Shown here: in pieces, positions 1-11,075 of the stretch
How the letters are laid out: the number at the start of each line of letters is the position of its first letter
Position numbering within the stretch: the first letter of the stretch is position 1
From: Nemertoderma westbladi
Taxonomy: Eukaryota; Animalia; Xenacoelomorpha
Assembly (NCBI GenBank): GCA_032718475.1
Contig: JAUCBJ010001528.1
Location: 1-48,924, forward strand
DNA: 48,924 nucleotides
Direction: 5' to 3'
The notes under the pieces: model-generated
The model's database searches: none
Seen by the model: the letters and a program-made list of their open reading frames with translations, nothing else
Told to the model about the DNA's origin: nothing
Program-made: the position numbers and the translations under genes

Positions 1-35
1 GTTTGTGCTGTAATTACATATATTATTATTATTAT

Positions 36-290
36 TGAATTCACATCTCTCAACCCGGGTTAAATCCTCGCAATCCTCGCTTTATTTGAAGGGACGAATG
101 CTTTGAAGGGACCAGCCGTAGACTGGACGCGATCTCTGCCTTGCATCCTTAAGTGGTAGCTAAATGAGTATTGGAGTTTCCTCTGGGGAGTATAGTTCTG
201 GGGGGACCGCACTGGAAATAAGTCGATAGACTTTGTGCGTAATCCCTGACCTAACGGCCGAGAAAATCTACCCTTTTACTTTTTTCAATG
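36..290 (+). mobile_element. SINE copy, 5'-truncated, same family as 6978-7110
   Basis: Shares ttgaattcacatctctc, acgaatgcttt(g/a)aaggga and atctctgcc blocks in the same order with the tRNA-headed copy at 6978-7110. Boundaries approximate. Confidence 0.55.
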
Positions 291-782
291 CTGCTGACCT
301 GAGAGTGTACCCCCCCCCCCCCCCCCCCCCCCCCTTAAGGGAAATGGATCAATAGGTCCTACTTTTCAGCTGTAAATTTATTTCAAAAATAGAGGGTGCA
401 TCACCGCACTCTCTTAATGGTCCCTCATGACGATTTTTAAATGGCAATTACATAAAATCATCAATGGATGATACTGGACCATCATCATATTACCAACTAC
501 ACCCCACTCGCAAACCGTTTAATACTGGAAGAGTACGTAGGCCTAGCAGGTGGAATTATCCATTAAACTTTCATGGGAGTATAAACTCCCATGAAAGGTT
601 CGATGATAATTCATTAAACGTAAAGGAGCCCACAGAGCTAAACCGGCCTAGCCGGCATTTATTTGTGTAATTAATAATAATGATTAATAATTATAATGAT
701 TTTAAATATAATGATATTTGGAGGAAAACTTAACAATAATAAATGTTTTATAATAGTTGGGTATCTGTAGTCTAAGTAATCA

Positions 783-1451
783 CTAAATGAGGTTTATGAT
801 GATCGTCATTAGAAGACACAAGATTGTCGCCTTGGTATCAGCTGCATCACTAGGAGCAGTCGTGGTCTCATCCATGGTGCTCGTATCAACCTCGTCACCC
901 CAATCGAAAGGAGGGCAAACCGTGTCGCAGCACTGTGTTTGGCATTCTTCTTCCTCGATGGTTAGATCCTCCGCGTAGTAGCTCCTGATCCCGTTGAAGA
1001 GCTCGGCCTTGCTCGAAGTAACGAGGTTTATGAGATCTTCTTGACCGGGATTGAATATCGACGCGCATCGATCCGCTGGGAGAGTCATGCAGATCGTCAA
1101 CCAGCTCTCATCTTCCGGCGCTTCTGTGGCGTTCCTGATGCACGCGTAGCCCAGCCACTCAAACATAGCCCAATAATCGACGCTGCGACCTCCCTCGACC
1201 AGCGACTCGTATGCGTGGAATCGCATATTTAGAACGCCGCATTCGTTGCAATCGTCAGAAATGTGAGGAGTGACGTCACCCCAGTTGGAAGTTATCAAAT
1301 CGTTAATCCTGGCCTGGTACAGATCTTGGAGCTCATCGTTGTCATGGAAGGTGAATGTGAAAGTAAATCCTTCCATACAACTGGTGCTAAAGGTAACAGC
1401 GACGGATAAGGCTATGTAAACGGACTGCTGTAGGATGTTATACTTTGCCAT
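783..1451 (-). CDS. Uncharacterised secreted, acidic, Cys-containing protein with putative C-terminal GPI-anchor signal (222 aa)
   Basis: ATG-to-TAG ORF, GC-richer than its flanks. N-terminal hydrophobic signal (VYIALSVAVTFSTSC), T/S/D-rich stalk, then small residues and a terminal hydrophobic tail (PSDAADTKATILCLLMTIIINLI). A splice acceptor (tttcaattttag) lies about 50 nt upstream of the ATG. Confidence 0.8.
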   Translation of the reverse strand: MAKYNILQQSVYIALSVAVTFSTSCMEGFTFTFTFHDNDELQDLYQARINDLITSNWGDVTPHISDDCNECGVLNMRFHAYESLVEGGRSVDYWAMFEWLGYACIRNATEAPEDESWLTICMTLPADRCASIFNPGQEDLINLVTSSKAELFNGIRSYYAEDLTIEEEECQTQCCDTVCPPFDWGDEVDTSTMDETTTAPSDAADTKATILCLLMTIIINLI

Positions 1452-1974
1452 GGGATCGATTACACCTTACTTGTGTAGAATATTACGGTATGTAATATTT
1501 CTAAAATTGAAAGCGATTTGACTTTGACAGGATATACTAACAATCAGCAATTTGTGCTTTAATTATTTATAATGTTATTATAATAGTAATAAAATTTGCC
1601 TCGACTGAGGTTGTCGTTATAATAATATAGGAAATATTATTTGTACAATAGAATAGAAGTGTAATCATATAATAGCAGATAGTTGAAGAAAGTGATCTCC
1701 ATCGCAAATTGGTCGAATTTGAAATAAAGTTTTGTTTATTGTTTTTGTTAGAAAACACTGATACTGTAACCTGCTCCTTTCCCTTAACTAATGTAGTAAT
1801 TTAAATTTAAACCCTGTAAGCACATATTTGATATTTACAGTCATATAGCGCCATTAACTCCGCAACATAAGTTTGAAAACTAAACAGAATAAATGGAAGA
1901 TAAATAATTAAACAGGGAAACTTTGAAAGTAGCTACTTTTGACTCACTACACAACCACAAGACATATCATTCAA

Positions 1975-2370
1975 ATTTTTGGATGGCACATACTGTAGCC
2001 AAGAATAGTACGACGGCTTCATTTTGTAAAGAACAATGAACACATCTCCAACCAGACACTATATAGAATTGGAGATATCACATTCGGCCAGGAAGTAAAC
2101 ATTTGAACAGAGCCACCTCCGCTTTGCAGGACATTGCTTTCGCCATGAAGACAAGCCAACGCTCGAGCTTGTACTTTCGCGGCCTCATTGAGAAAATAAG
2201 CATGGTGGAAAGCCTATGACTTTCTTGAGACGCCTCCTAAAGGACACTGGCCTTGAAGATGCGGGTAATTTCGCGAAAGTCATGTCGGATAGAGAGTTGT
2301 GGCGGCGCAATTTTGTCAACAAGCCGGCATAGCATTTTTTATGCAAACTGCAATGCAACATGCCGCTTTT
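1975..2370 (+). mobile_element. Degenerate 3' fragment of RTE-type LINE (family B)
   Basis: Colinear with 11397-11590 (ggccttgaagatgcgg...gagttgtggcggcgcaattttgtc) and with the reverse strand of 37685-38000 and 45100-45250 (ctccgctttgcaggacattgctttcgcc = LRFAGHCFR). Confidence 0.7.
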
Positions 2371-3988
2371 GGATTGCGTTGAGGCAGCAGTAGAACCTGT
2401 GCTGCTACGAAGACTATATGACACTGCTGGCAGCTTTTACTGCAAAAGACAAGAGATCGTTATGGTACATGCACATGTACAGCTAGGATGATGCACGAGT
2501 TTGGCTTCATGCAATGCTTACTTAACAAAGGAGGCATTGTACAATCTCGGTAGAAACACCTCGTTGCCAAAACCCAGCACCACCATGCAGGTACGGTGGA
2601 TGTTCCTCGTGCTCCGCGCACTCTTATTTTAGAACTTACTTCAACCTGTGACTTGTTCTACAGCAGTATACTGCTGGTATGTTGGAGAAAAGAAAAAAAA
2701 CATTCCTGAATAGTTTGCTAAAAGACACTGGGGATACAAGAAACTCATCTTGATATTAAGATAAATTTTTTCTTTGAATGGCTCTCCGCAAACTGTGTGA
2801 AGGTGTTACACGCTTAATACGTTTTTTATTCATAAATTATTGAGGTCCTCAAAATTCTTTAATGCTGATGTACACAGCAGAAACTATTGATGACGTTTAT
2901 AAAATCACAAGGAAGCATTTCTTATTGCAACGATCTCTGGAGCTATGTTAAAAAATTTGAGAAATCCACTAAAAAAGAGTTCATTTATTATTTTAACTTT
3001 AATTTCTAAGAAATCAAGTATTTTTTTCTCGAGAAATTGAGTAATAAGATCCTAGTGTACATTGCGAAATTTAAAATCAATCTTTCAAAAATAGCACCAT
3101 TGAAATACTAAAATTGAATTAAACTTTTGTAAATAAACTCCACTGGGGAATTAACATTATATAGAAGTATTTTAATTAGTATTAAAATATGTAGAGAATT
3201 TAATATGTCCCACCTAACTGCATATATTGTCTCTAATATACCTATGTAGGCTGCCTGAGAAGCAACATTGTATCCTGTGGATATGGAGATATGGAGATGC
3301 TTGTACTACTATTTCTTAGTTGTTACCCCCCGTGGTGAAATATGCAAAGTTAACTCAATAAAGTTCGATCTTGGAGACTCAAACTCCATCCACATAGGCC
3401 TACAGTTGCGTTAGTGCATAGCTACTGTACGTCAAAGTGGGAAGGTACAGTAGCAATGAAGTATGTTTAACTAATTATGTATTATTGTCATCATTAAGAA
3501 CAGTAAGGTAAGGTTATCGTTGATGGTGAAGCGCGAAACATCCGAGGCTCCTATCTCCTGGCTCTTACAAGTTTGTGTTTTTCCCACCTCGGCGTAGTTT
3601 AAATCAGTTGCAACCCTTTAATATAGATACCAGACCTCATCCTGTAACAATGCAGTACCTATAGGCTGTACGCGTACAGTTTTGGACACAGGCCTAACAC
3701 TCTATAGAGAGCTAACAACGTCCCAAAGTACCCCTAGAGGAGGCCTGTGTCGCCCGAGAAAGACAGTCGATGGATGACCATCAAATTAAACCCCGTGGTG
3801 CCGGAATTCTAGATCTGCCTCGGCGGCATATGAACTTTATTTCATCTAGAAAAATAAAATCTAGAAAAATTGATATTTTCATGACATTATCTTTCAGTAT
3901 TTCCATATGCACAACAAATTTGCTACATGTAATATTAAATCAACTGAATAAAATTGCCTATAATATTTGGCACTGGGTGCTAGCTAAC

Positions 3989-4170
3989 CTCTGAGGCATT
4001 GTTGGGAACCTGTACCAAATTGATGCCATCATTGGATGGTTGCGCCAATCGCACCTGGTACTTTAGCGGTATATCGTAGCTGGTGTACCCGGTTGGAGGT
4101 TTCCATGACAACGCAGCGACATCGTTGCCGACAAGGAGAACTTCTAACGCAGATGGGGCTTCAGTGTAAT
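3989..4170 (-). CDS. Cytokine receptor-like coding exon 4 (FN3 D2, N-half)
   Basis: gtgcttatag acceptor, GAG|gttagc donor. Encodes YTEAPSALEVLLVGNDVAALSWKPPTGYTSYDIPLKYQVRL. 182 nt, phase 1 to 0. Confidence 0.8.
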
Positions 4171-6252
4171 CTATAAGCACCGAATGGCGTCTATTTAGAT
4201 GCAAGTATGTATGTTCTAGAACATCGTTTTGGAACTTTTGTAATTTATAATGGAGTTTTAGCAAATTTTTTTAATACCAAGTACCGTGACACTATATGTC
4301 CTGGAATATAGTGTCGCTGTTCAGGTACCTGCTCCTCCCCTCCCCTCCCCCAAAATATTTCTACAAATCTTAATGAGATTACATGAAAATTGAAACAGAA
4401 AGAGTTTCACCTCCCTGCTCCTTAGTGGGTGAGCCAAAAGTTTTATTTTCGCTTTCAATCTTTAGCTACAAGCGTTTAATAAAAGGTGTCTCCGGTGATA
4501 TTTAAGCGAGTTACACCGCTGATATTCTTTATACTTATAGTTTTTTGTTGATTCTGTTAGAAAGCTGGCCGTGCAAGGTAACAACACATGTGTATATGTA
4601 ATGTGTATGTAATGTGTATATGTAATGTGTATATGTAAAACAATCTGAATTTTGTTTAAAAATAGCTGAGATTTATGTTAAAAAAAACTGTTAACTTCTG
4701 TACACCAATAGGGGAGATAAAACAGTGTGAAATTCCTGATATATGATAGAATAAAATAATTGACTTACACATTCTTCGGGGTTGGTAGAAGATAAACCCA
4801 CGAGTGGTTCCCTCGGAGTTAATGGCCTCAACGCAGATGGTGTTAGTTGTAATACAGCTGAACCCCTCGGAGCCGATGATGCAATTAAACTCAACCTGAT
4901 TGATGGTCCCGTTCACTAAAGTGCAATCTATCGAGTCGTACATGTATCTGTAAGGAATAATTAAACATATTATGTTATAAGAATAAAAATAATAATTTTT
5001 ATCTAACAGGAAAATCACTAAATTAATCATTTTACTTACTAAATATATTAATTCTAACTAAAATCTATAAATTATCACTTTTGTAATTATCACATTTACT
5101 TTTGTCTTAGAAAGATAAGGTGGCGGAAAAAAAATTAATACATCACTGTTTAACAGACTGTACTGTAATAATTATCACTGATTTATCATTATCACTAATT
5201 ATAGTGTTTGTCTATGGTAGATTGTATTTTACATGGTTTTTGTGTCCGTTTTAAAAGAGAAATTAAATTTTTTAAGTTGAACGAAAATGTAAGTTGGGAA
5301 AATTGCAATTATTGTTTTTAGTGCCGGTAGCACTAATAACGTTTGTATCGTAGTTTTTTTTATAAGACTAGTTTCGTAGTTTCGCTCTTGTAAAGAACTC
5401 TAACCAAACCATTATTATACAATAATACAGTGGGATGAATGCTATTACGTGATTAATAAGGTAACGCTGTATGCAGGCAGGCCCTAAAACAGTGGTTCAG
5501 AGCTTATCAGCTGTTGTTGATCAACTGGCGGTATTGCTTAGCAACGCTATAAACACTAACCTGTTGGCAGTAGTGCAGACATATTCAACTCCCTCCTGCA
5601 CTGGCCACGTACAAGTTGTATGTTTGTATGTGTTCACAGACTCACAGGTGATGTTGGGTTCTAACGGTTTCGAACCTGACAAAATGTAAAATATGTAATG
5701 TTGACAATGTTTATTTACAAATTAAGTGCGAATTTCTAGTTCTGATGCTTCATCTATTAATAAAAGTGAATATAATGTATGGATAATATTTGTTTATAAA
5801 ATATTTGAAATTATACCAAAAATGAATGTCGCATGTATTAAAATTAAAAGCGTTTTTCATAAAATTTATTTCATTGGCAGTTCATTGGCCGTTTCGTAGG
5901 CCTAATGTAAAAAGTTTGGAGTGAAAACGCTGTTGTACACATTGTAGGGACTACTGCATATACAGTTCATTGGTTTAAAAATCCGTTAGGCCTGTTGTAC
6001 CGTGTTTTGACGTTTATTTTCCCATTTTCACTACTTTTACTGTGTAACAATTCGTTACTCAGATAAGCATGATTTGTAAAGCTGGAGTTTACTCACATAG
6101 TATCAGTATGTAAATAGTTATTGCCAATAATGATGTTTGCATCTCTACTATAATATTGAAGCTGTAATTATTAGCTTTCACTATTTCTCACCTTGACAGA
6201 TGGATACCCCAACTGTTGCAATGATGTAACATATATTCAGATAAAATCCCAT
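3989..6252 (-). CDS. Class I cytokine receptor-like gene (signal peptide, CxW-containing D1, first half of FN3 D2); 3' end unresolved
   Basis: Four GT-AG exons join in frame: 6252-6192, 5675-5561, 4947-4769, 4170-3989. Protein: MGFYLNICYIIATVGVSICQ-GSKPLEPNITCESVNTYKHTTCTWPV...CVEAINSEG...TEAPSALEV...LSWKPP...PLKYQVR. Has the C-x10-CxW motif and intron phases 1-2-1-0. Confidence 0.8.
4285..4680. mobile_element. Diverged single arm of the fold-back family seen at 19555-20556
   Basis: aatatagtgtc, C-rich tract, atttctacaaatctt, then aatctgaatt(t/c)gtt occur in the same order as 19590-19960. Confidence 0.55.
4769..4947 (-). CDS. Cytokine receptor-like coding exon 3 (D1, C-half)
   Basis: ttccttacag acceptor, T|gtaagt donor. 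Encodes YMYDSIDCTLVNGTINQVEFNCIIG...ICVEAINSEGTTRGFIFYQPRRM. 179 nt, phase 2 to 1. Confidence 0.8.
5561..5675 (-). CDS. Cytokine receptor-like coding exon 2 (D1, N-half with CxW)
   Basis: ttttgtcag acceptor, AG|gttagt donor. Encodes SKPLEPNITCESVNTYKHTTCTWPVQEGVEYVCTTAN. 115 nt, phase 1 to 2. Confidence 0.8.
6192..6252 (-). CDS. Cytokine receptor-like coding exon 1 (signal peptide)
   Basis: ATG at 6252-6250, MGFYLNICYIIATVGVSICQ then G|gtgaga. The exon's acceptor is ttttttgtatag at 6289-6290. Confidence 0.75.
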
Positions 6253-6409
6253 TGTATTATTTTACTGATTTGATGTGGATATCCTGAACTATACAAAAAA
6301 GAAAATATATTAGCAGTCTTATTTGTGGAAAAAATATTAATTGTGATATCGGTACTTCTAATAAAAGCAATATCAAAACAAGGATAAGGATTACTGTAGC
6401 TCATCTTAC

Positions 6410-6445
6410 CTGGTTTGTGTAGGTTCTCACAAATACGGATAATTG
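6410..6445 (-). other. Putative 36-nt 5'UTR exon of the cytokine receptor-like gene
   Basis: acttttgcag acceptor and CAG|gtaaga donor, 120 nt upstream of the signal-peptide exon acceptor. Confidence 0.45.
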
Positions 6446-6977
6446 CTGCAAAAGTTGATGCAGTATTTTTAAAATATCTTTGAATTAAATGAGTGAGGTT
6501 GTTAGTTTTTTAGTGTTTTATAGTTTTTGTTAAAACAGCCAATGGGTAGAATTGATGATTGAAATACCACCTCTATTTATTAGACAGTTGGCCAATGATT
6601 GTGATTCGCTAATTGGGTGAATCTATTTCATTTTACTGAATTTCCATTTGCTCTTCTTAGAATAGAAAGAAAATTTTGATTAATATTTAAAGATTACACA
6701 AAGAGAGTTTGCATAGTGAACTGATAGATCTCTCGGCGCCAATTTTTAAATAAAAATGTAAGAAATCTGTATTGATAAAGATACACTTTATTGGTTGCCT
6801 AAATATAATATAAAGATACATTATGGATGTCGAAAATAGCCTTAAATATCGTACAGTGTCTGCCTAAAAAAATCAGACCAGTCACTTGCCTAATAAAGTT
6901 CCATGATTCACAAACTTTTCATACAAAATAAATTATAGTCTTCAAACATGCCTTTATTGATAATAGATAATGAAGTC

Positions 6978-7110
6978 CCACCTTGGTGTAGTGGTTGCAT
7001 TGAATTCACATCTCTCCAGAGGTCGTGAGTTCGATCCCTGCTTGTGGGCAAGTGCAGTTTTATGTTAGGCACGAATGCTTTAAAGGGACTAGCCAGGGCG
7101 CATCTCTGCC
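6978..7110 (+). mobile_element. tRNA-derived SINE 5' part
   Basis: A-box-like tggtgtagtggtt and B-box-like gagttcgatccc. Body matches 36-140 and runs directly into the 15-bp array. Confidence 0.65.
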
Positions 7111-8563
7111 TGCTCCTTTCATCCCTGCTCCTTTCTTATCTGCTCCTTTCTTCTCTGCTCCTTTCTTCCCTGCTCCTTTCTTCCCTACTCCTTTCTTCCC
7201 TGCTCCTTTCTTCCCTGCTCCTTTCTTCCCTGCTCCTTTCTTATCTGCTCCTTTCTTCTCTGCTCCTTTCTTCCCTGCTCCTTTCTTCCCTACTCCTTTC
7301 TTCCCTGCTCCTTTCTTCCCTGCTCCTTTCTTCCCTGCTCCTTTTTTCCCTGTCCCTTTCTTCCCTGCTCCTTTCTTCCCTGCTCCTTTCTTCCCTGCTC
7401 CTTTCTTCCCTGCTCCTTTCTTCCCTCCTCCTTTCTTCTCTGCTCCTTTCTTCCGTACTCCTTTCTTCCCTGCTCCTTTTTTCCCTGTCCCTTTCTTCCC
7501 TTCTCCATTCTGCCCTACTCCTTTCTTCCCTGCTCCTTTCTTCCCTGCTCCTTTCTTCCCTGCTCCTTTCTTCCCTGCTCCTTTCTTCTCTGCTCCTTTC
7601 TTCCGTACTCCCTTCTTCCCTGCTCCTTTTTTCCCTGTCCCTCTCTTCCCTGCTCCTTTCTTCCCTGCTCCTTTCTTCCCTACTCCTTTCTTCCCTGCTC
7701 CTTTCTTCCCTGCTCCTTTCTTCCCTGCTCCTTTATTCCTGCTCCTTTATTCCTGCTCTTTTCTTCCCTGCTCCTTTTTTCCCTGTCCCTTTCTTCCCTT
7801 CTCCATTCTGCCCTACTCCTTTCTTCCCTGCTCCTTTCTTCCCTGCTCCTTTCTTCCCTGCTCCTTTCTTCCCTGCTCCTTTCTTCTCTGCTCCTTTCTT
7901 CCGTACTCCTTTCTTCCCTGCTCCTTTTTTCCCTGTCCCTTTCTTCCCTCCTCCTTTCTTCCCTGCTCCTTTCTTCCCTACTCCTCTCTTCACTGCTCCT
8001 TTCTTCCCTGCTCCTTTATTCCTGCTCCTTCATTCCTGCTCCTTTCTTCCCTGATCCTTTCTTCCCTGCTCCTTTCTTCCCTGCTCCTTTCTTCCCTGCT
8101 CCTTTCTTCCCTGCTTCTTTCTTCCGTGCTCCTTTCTTCCCTGCTCCTTTCTTCCCTGCTCCTTTCTTCCATGCTCCTTTCTCCCCCCTGCTCTTTTCTT
8201 CCCTCCTCCTTTATTCCTGCTCCTTTATTCCTGCTCCTTTCTTCCCTGCTCCTTTCTTCCCTGCTCCTTTCTTCCGTACTCCTTTCTTCCCTGCTCCTTT
8301 ATTCCTGCTCCTTTCTTCCCTGCTCCTTTCTTCCCTGCTCCTTTCTTCCCTGCTCCTTTCTTCCCTGCTCCATTCTTCACTGCTCCTTTCTTCCCTGCTC
8401 CATTCTTCCCTGCTCCTTTCTTCCCTGCTCCTTTCTTCCATGCTCCTTTATCCCCCTTGCTTTTTTCTTCCCTGCTCCTTTCTTCCCTGCTCCTTTCTTC
8501 CCTGCTCCATTCTTCACTGCTCCTTTCTTCCGTGCTCTTTTCTTCCCTGCTCCTTTCTTCCCT
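7109..8563. repeat. 15-bp polypyrimidine minisatellite (tgctcctttcttccc)n, about 95-100 units
   Basis: Directly visible tandem array. It generates the spurious PAPFF/LLSS/KKGAG ORFs. Confidence 0.97.
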
Positions 8564-8835
8564 TTAAATAAATACTAAATAGCCCAGCTCGGTCTTTTAC
8601 ACCATGTCTTGGAATAGAGTGTAGTAATTCAGTGACTTAGTCATTCTCAGTCAGTATTTTTATTTTCTCTTTCATTCAATCCGTCTATATTTCACCAGTT
8701 ACACCGCAGTTATTAGTCAGCCATATAGAGATTTGTTGGTGCCAATAGAAAGCTGGTCATGCAAGGATTCCAAATTATGTATAACAAATAAAAATATGTA
8801 TAATTTATTATTGGGTGAATGAGTGATTTCATATA

Positions 8836-11075
8836 CTTATACCCTTTGTTGGGCTGTGGATTTACAAAGTCGGCAATGATGTCCAGGTGGGATCGAACTC
8901 CGGGTTTACCCTCTAACCATTCAGCTACCGGCTCAGGTAAAAGATAGACCTGGAAATACTATCTGATACCTACCTTGTATGTCCGCAATTTACCTCCTCA
9001 TGGCCTCCCATCTGCCAATACCATCATATGCTTCCACTGTGGTCAACCCTATCGTACTTGGCCGTCTTTAACCACTCGCTACAATGAAAGGGTAGTGTAT
9101 ATTAACCATGAACCATCACGGCCACTATTATTAATTAAACGCTCTAGCTACTAATTTAGGTAGGACAGTTACACCCATAGAGAAATGCGACCGGGTTATA
9201 ATAATATGAAACCATTCATTCACCCAAAACTCAAATATTAAATTATAAAAAATAAGCCGGTGGCATTTCTCTATGGGTGTAACTTTCCTGCCTAAATTAG
9301 TAGCTAGAGTGTATAATTAATCATAGTGGCCATGATGGTTCATGGTTAATATACGCTACACTTTCATTGTACTACTACTACTACTAGGTGGAGCGAACTC
9401 GGACAGTGGAAATGAGATCCTTGCAGGCTTCCCGATTCTCCATAGTTGTCGCAATTTCGTTTCTCTCAAGTTCAGTATCCCTTTCAAGTTGATCTATATA
9501 TGTTATGGCCGGTCGTCCACGACTACGCTTTCCATGAGTTGGTTGCCAGAAAAGTAGATCTGGTATGACCTCGCCATTACTTCGCCAGCAGTGCCCACTG
9601 AATCTTAATCTGCGTTCACGGAGGGTGGTTGATGCAGGTGGTATTGTACCATAAAGCTCGGCGTTTGTCATGTGTTGTCTCCAGCTGATGTTTAGGGCTG
9701 TCCTTAGTAGTCTTGTGTAGCAACCATCAATTCGTTGTTCAAGTGATTTAGTCAGTGTCCAGGTCTAACCCCCGTATAAAAATACACTTTCCACTGTGGC
9801 TCGAAAGAACTTAGTCTTCAGGTGCCTGGAGAGATCTGATTTCCAGATGGTATCCATTTTTGATAGAGCTACCCAAGCCTTTGCTTTCCTAACTTCTATG
9901 TCCTTTTTGCTACTCTCTATCCACGATCCAAGGTATGGAAGTCGTCGACCTTCCTTAGTTGATTATTATCAATGGTTGTCAAGTTTCCATCAACATTAAA
10001 GGTCATGAATTCGGTCTTGGTAGCATTTATAGGAAATCCAGCCTCCTTGGCAGCCCTCTCCACTTTATTTAGTAGAAGCTGTGCGTCTGCTAGGGTATTA
10101 GAGAGCAGGGCGATATCATCCGCAAAGTCGGTTTCTTTTACTGTAGTTGCCGGATATCTACTACTTCTGCGTTCTTGAAGTGTGAATCCCAGATCTTCAC
10201 CCTTTGTATATATTAAATTAAATTAAAGGAAGAACATTTAATATATACATACCAACCCCCTGTTAGTCAGTATGTCGTTAACATCAGTTAACATCAATCT
10301 TCACCCTTTGTGGCCGTCCTCATTGCGTAATGCAGCACAATTACAAATAGTAATGGTGCTAATGTATCACCTTGCAGTACGCCAGCCAGGATTGAGAAAA
10401 ACAATCTGGTTTCACCATCTGGTGTCGTGAGAGTACCTGCGCTTCTATGTAAGAATATAACAATCCAATGCCAGCAACAATTACTTCTGGTATTCCATAA
10501 GCTCTTAGGATTTCAAGCATTTTACCTCTATGGATGGAGTCGAATACCTTCTTGAAGTCCACAAAAGTCATGACTGCGTGGAGATTCTTTGACTTGATTC
10601 CTTCAATCAGTCTCCGTAGTGCAAGTATCTGAGCTATTGTTGATCTACTTGGTCGAAATCCGTTTTGGCTCTTACGCAGTAGTTTCTCTATGTGAGGCCT
10701 AATCCTATATAGAATCATTTTATTGCATATTTTGGCAGCTACCACAAGCAGACAGATCCCACGATAGTTTGTTGGTATACCGAGGTCTCCTTTGTTGGGG
10801 AGAGGCTTTAGTTGACCATTGTAGCGAGTGGTTCAAGACGGCCAAGTACAGTAGGATTGATCACAGTGGCAGGAGATTATGGTAATGACAGATGTGAGGC
10901 CAGGAGGAGGTAAATTGCGGACACACAAGGTATCAGGTATTATTTTCAGGCCTACCTTTTACCTGAGCCGCTATATCCATTACAGCGTCAGACTTTCAAC
11001 CCGCAGGCCACCAGTTCGATCCTACCTGGAGGTCATTGCCGACTTTGTAAAGCTGTACCCAACAAAAGTTATAAT
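8836..11075. mobile_element. Fold-back element with about 360-bp arms; right arm split by a LINE
   Basis: Left arm 8836-9199 is the reverse complement of 9252-9371 joined to 10817-11075. Examples: ttacacccatagagaaatg / catttctctatgggtgtaa and ccgcaatttacctcctc / gaggaggtaaattgcgg. Confidence 0.85.
9372..10816 (-). mobile_element. 5'-truncated RTE-clade LINE (family A) with (TAG)n tail and 7-bp TSD
   Basis: RT motifs NYRGICL, QNGFRPSRST, FVDFKKVFDS, ETDFADDIAL and C-terminal RRLRFSGHCWR, with frameshifts and stops. cattgta is duplicated at 9365-9371 and 10817-10823. Confidence 0.92.

Noticed and set aside
2521-2677. Alternative WSxWS exon for the cytokine receptor (fragments IRVRGARG..AWWCW, GFWQRG)
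   Set aside because: Stops in all frames from the nearby acceptor and no true WSxWS. It may instead hold a 5'UTR exon of the 783-1451 gene, which is unsupported.
6978-7045. tRNA gene (also 8870-8935 and 10965-11035)
   Set aside because: A/B boxes are present but I cannot fold a cloverleaf. The sequences continue into repeat bodies, so they are SINE-like heads.
7025-8578. Long ORFs (517 aa PAPFF, 336 aa LLSS and reverse-strand K/E-rich ORFs)
   Set aside because: Stop-free translations of a 15-bp repeat. They are open in several frames and shift frame at indels.
9372-10816. Active reverse-transcriptase gene or novel RT system
   Set aside because: 5'-truncated and frameshifted, with an internal insertion. 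It is an ordinary dead RTE copy.
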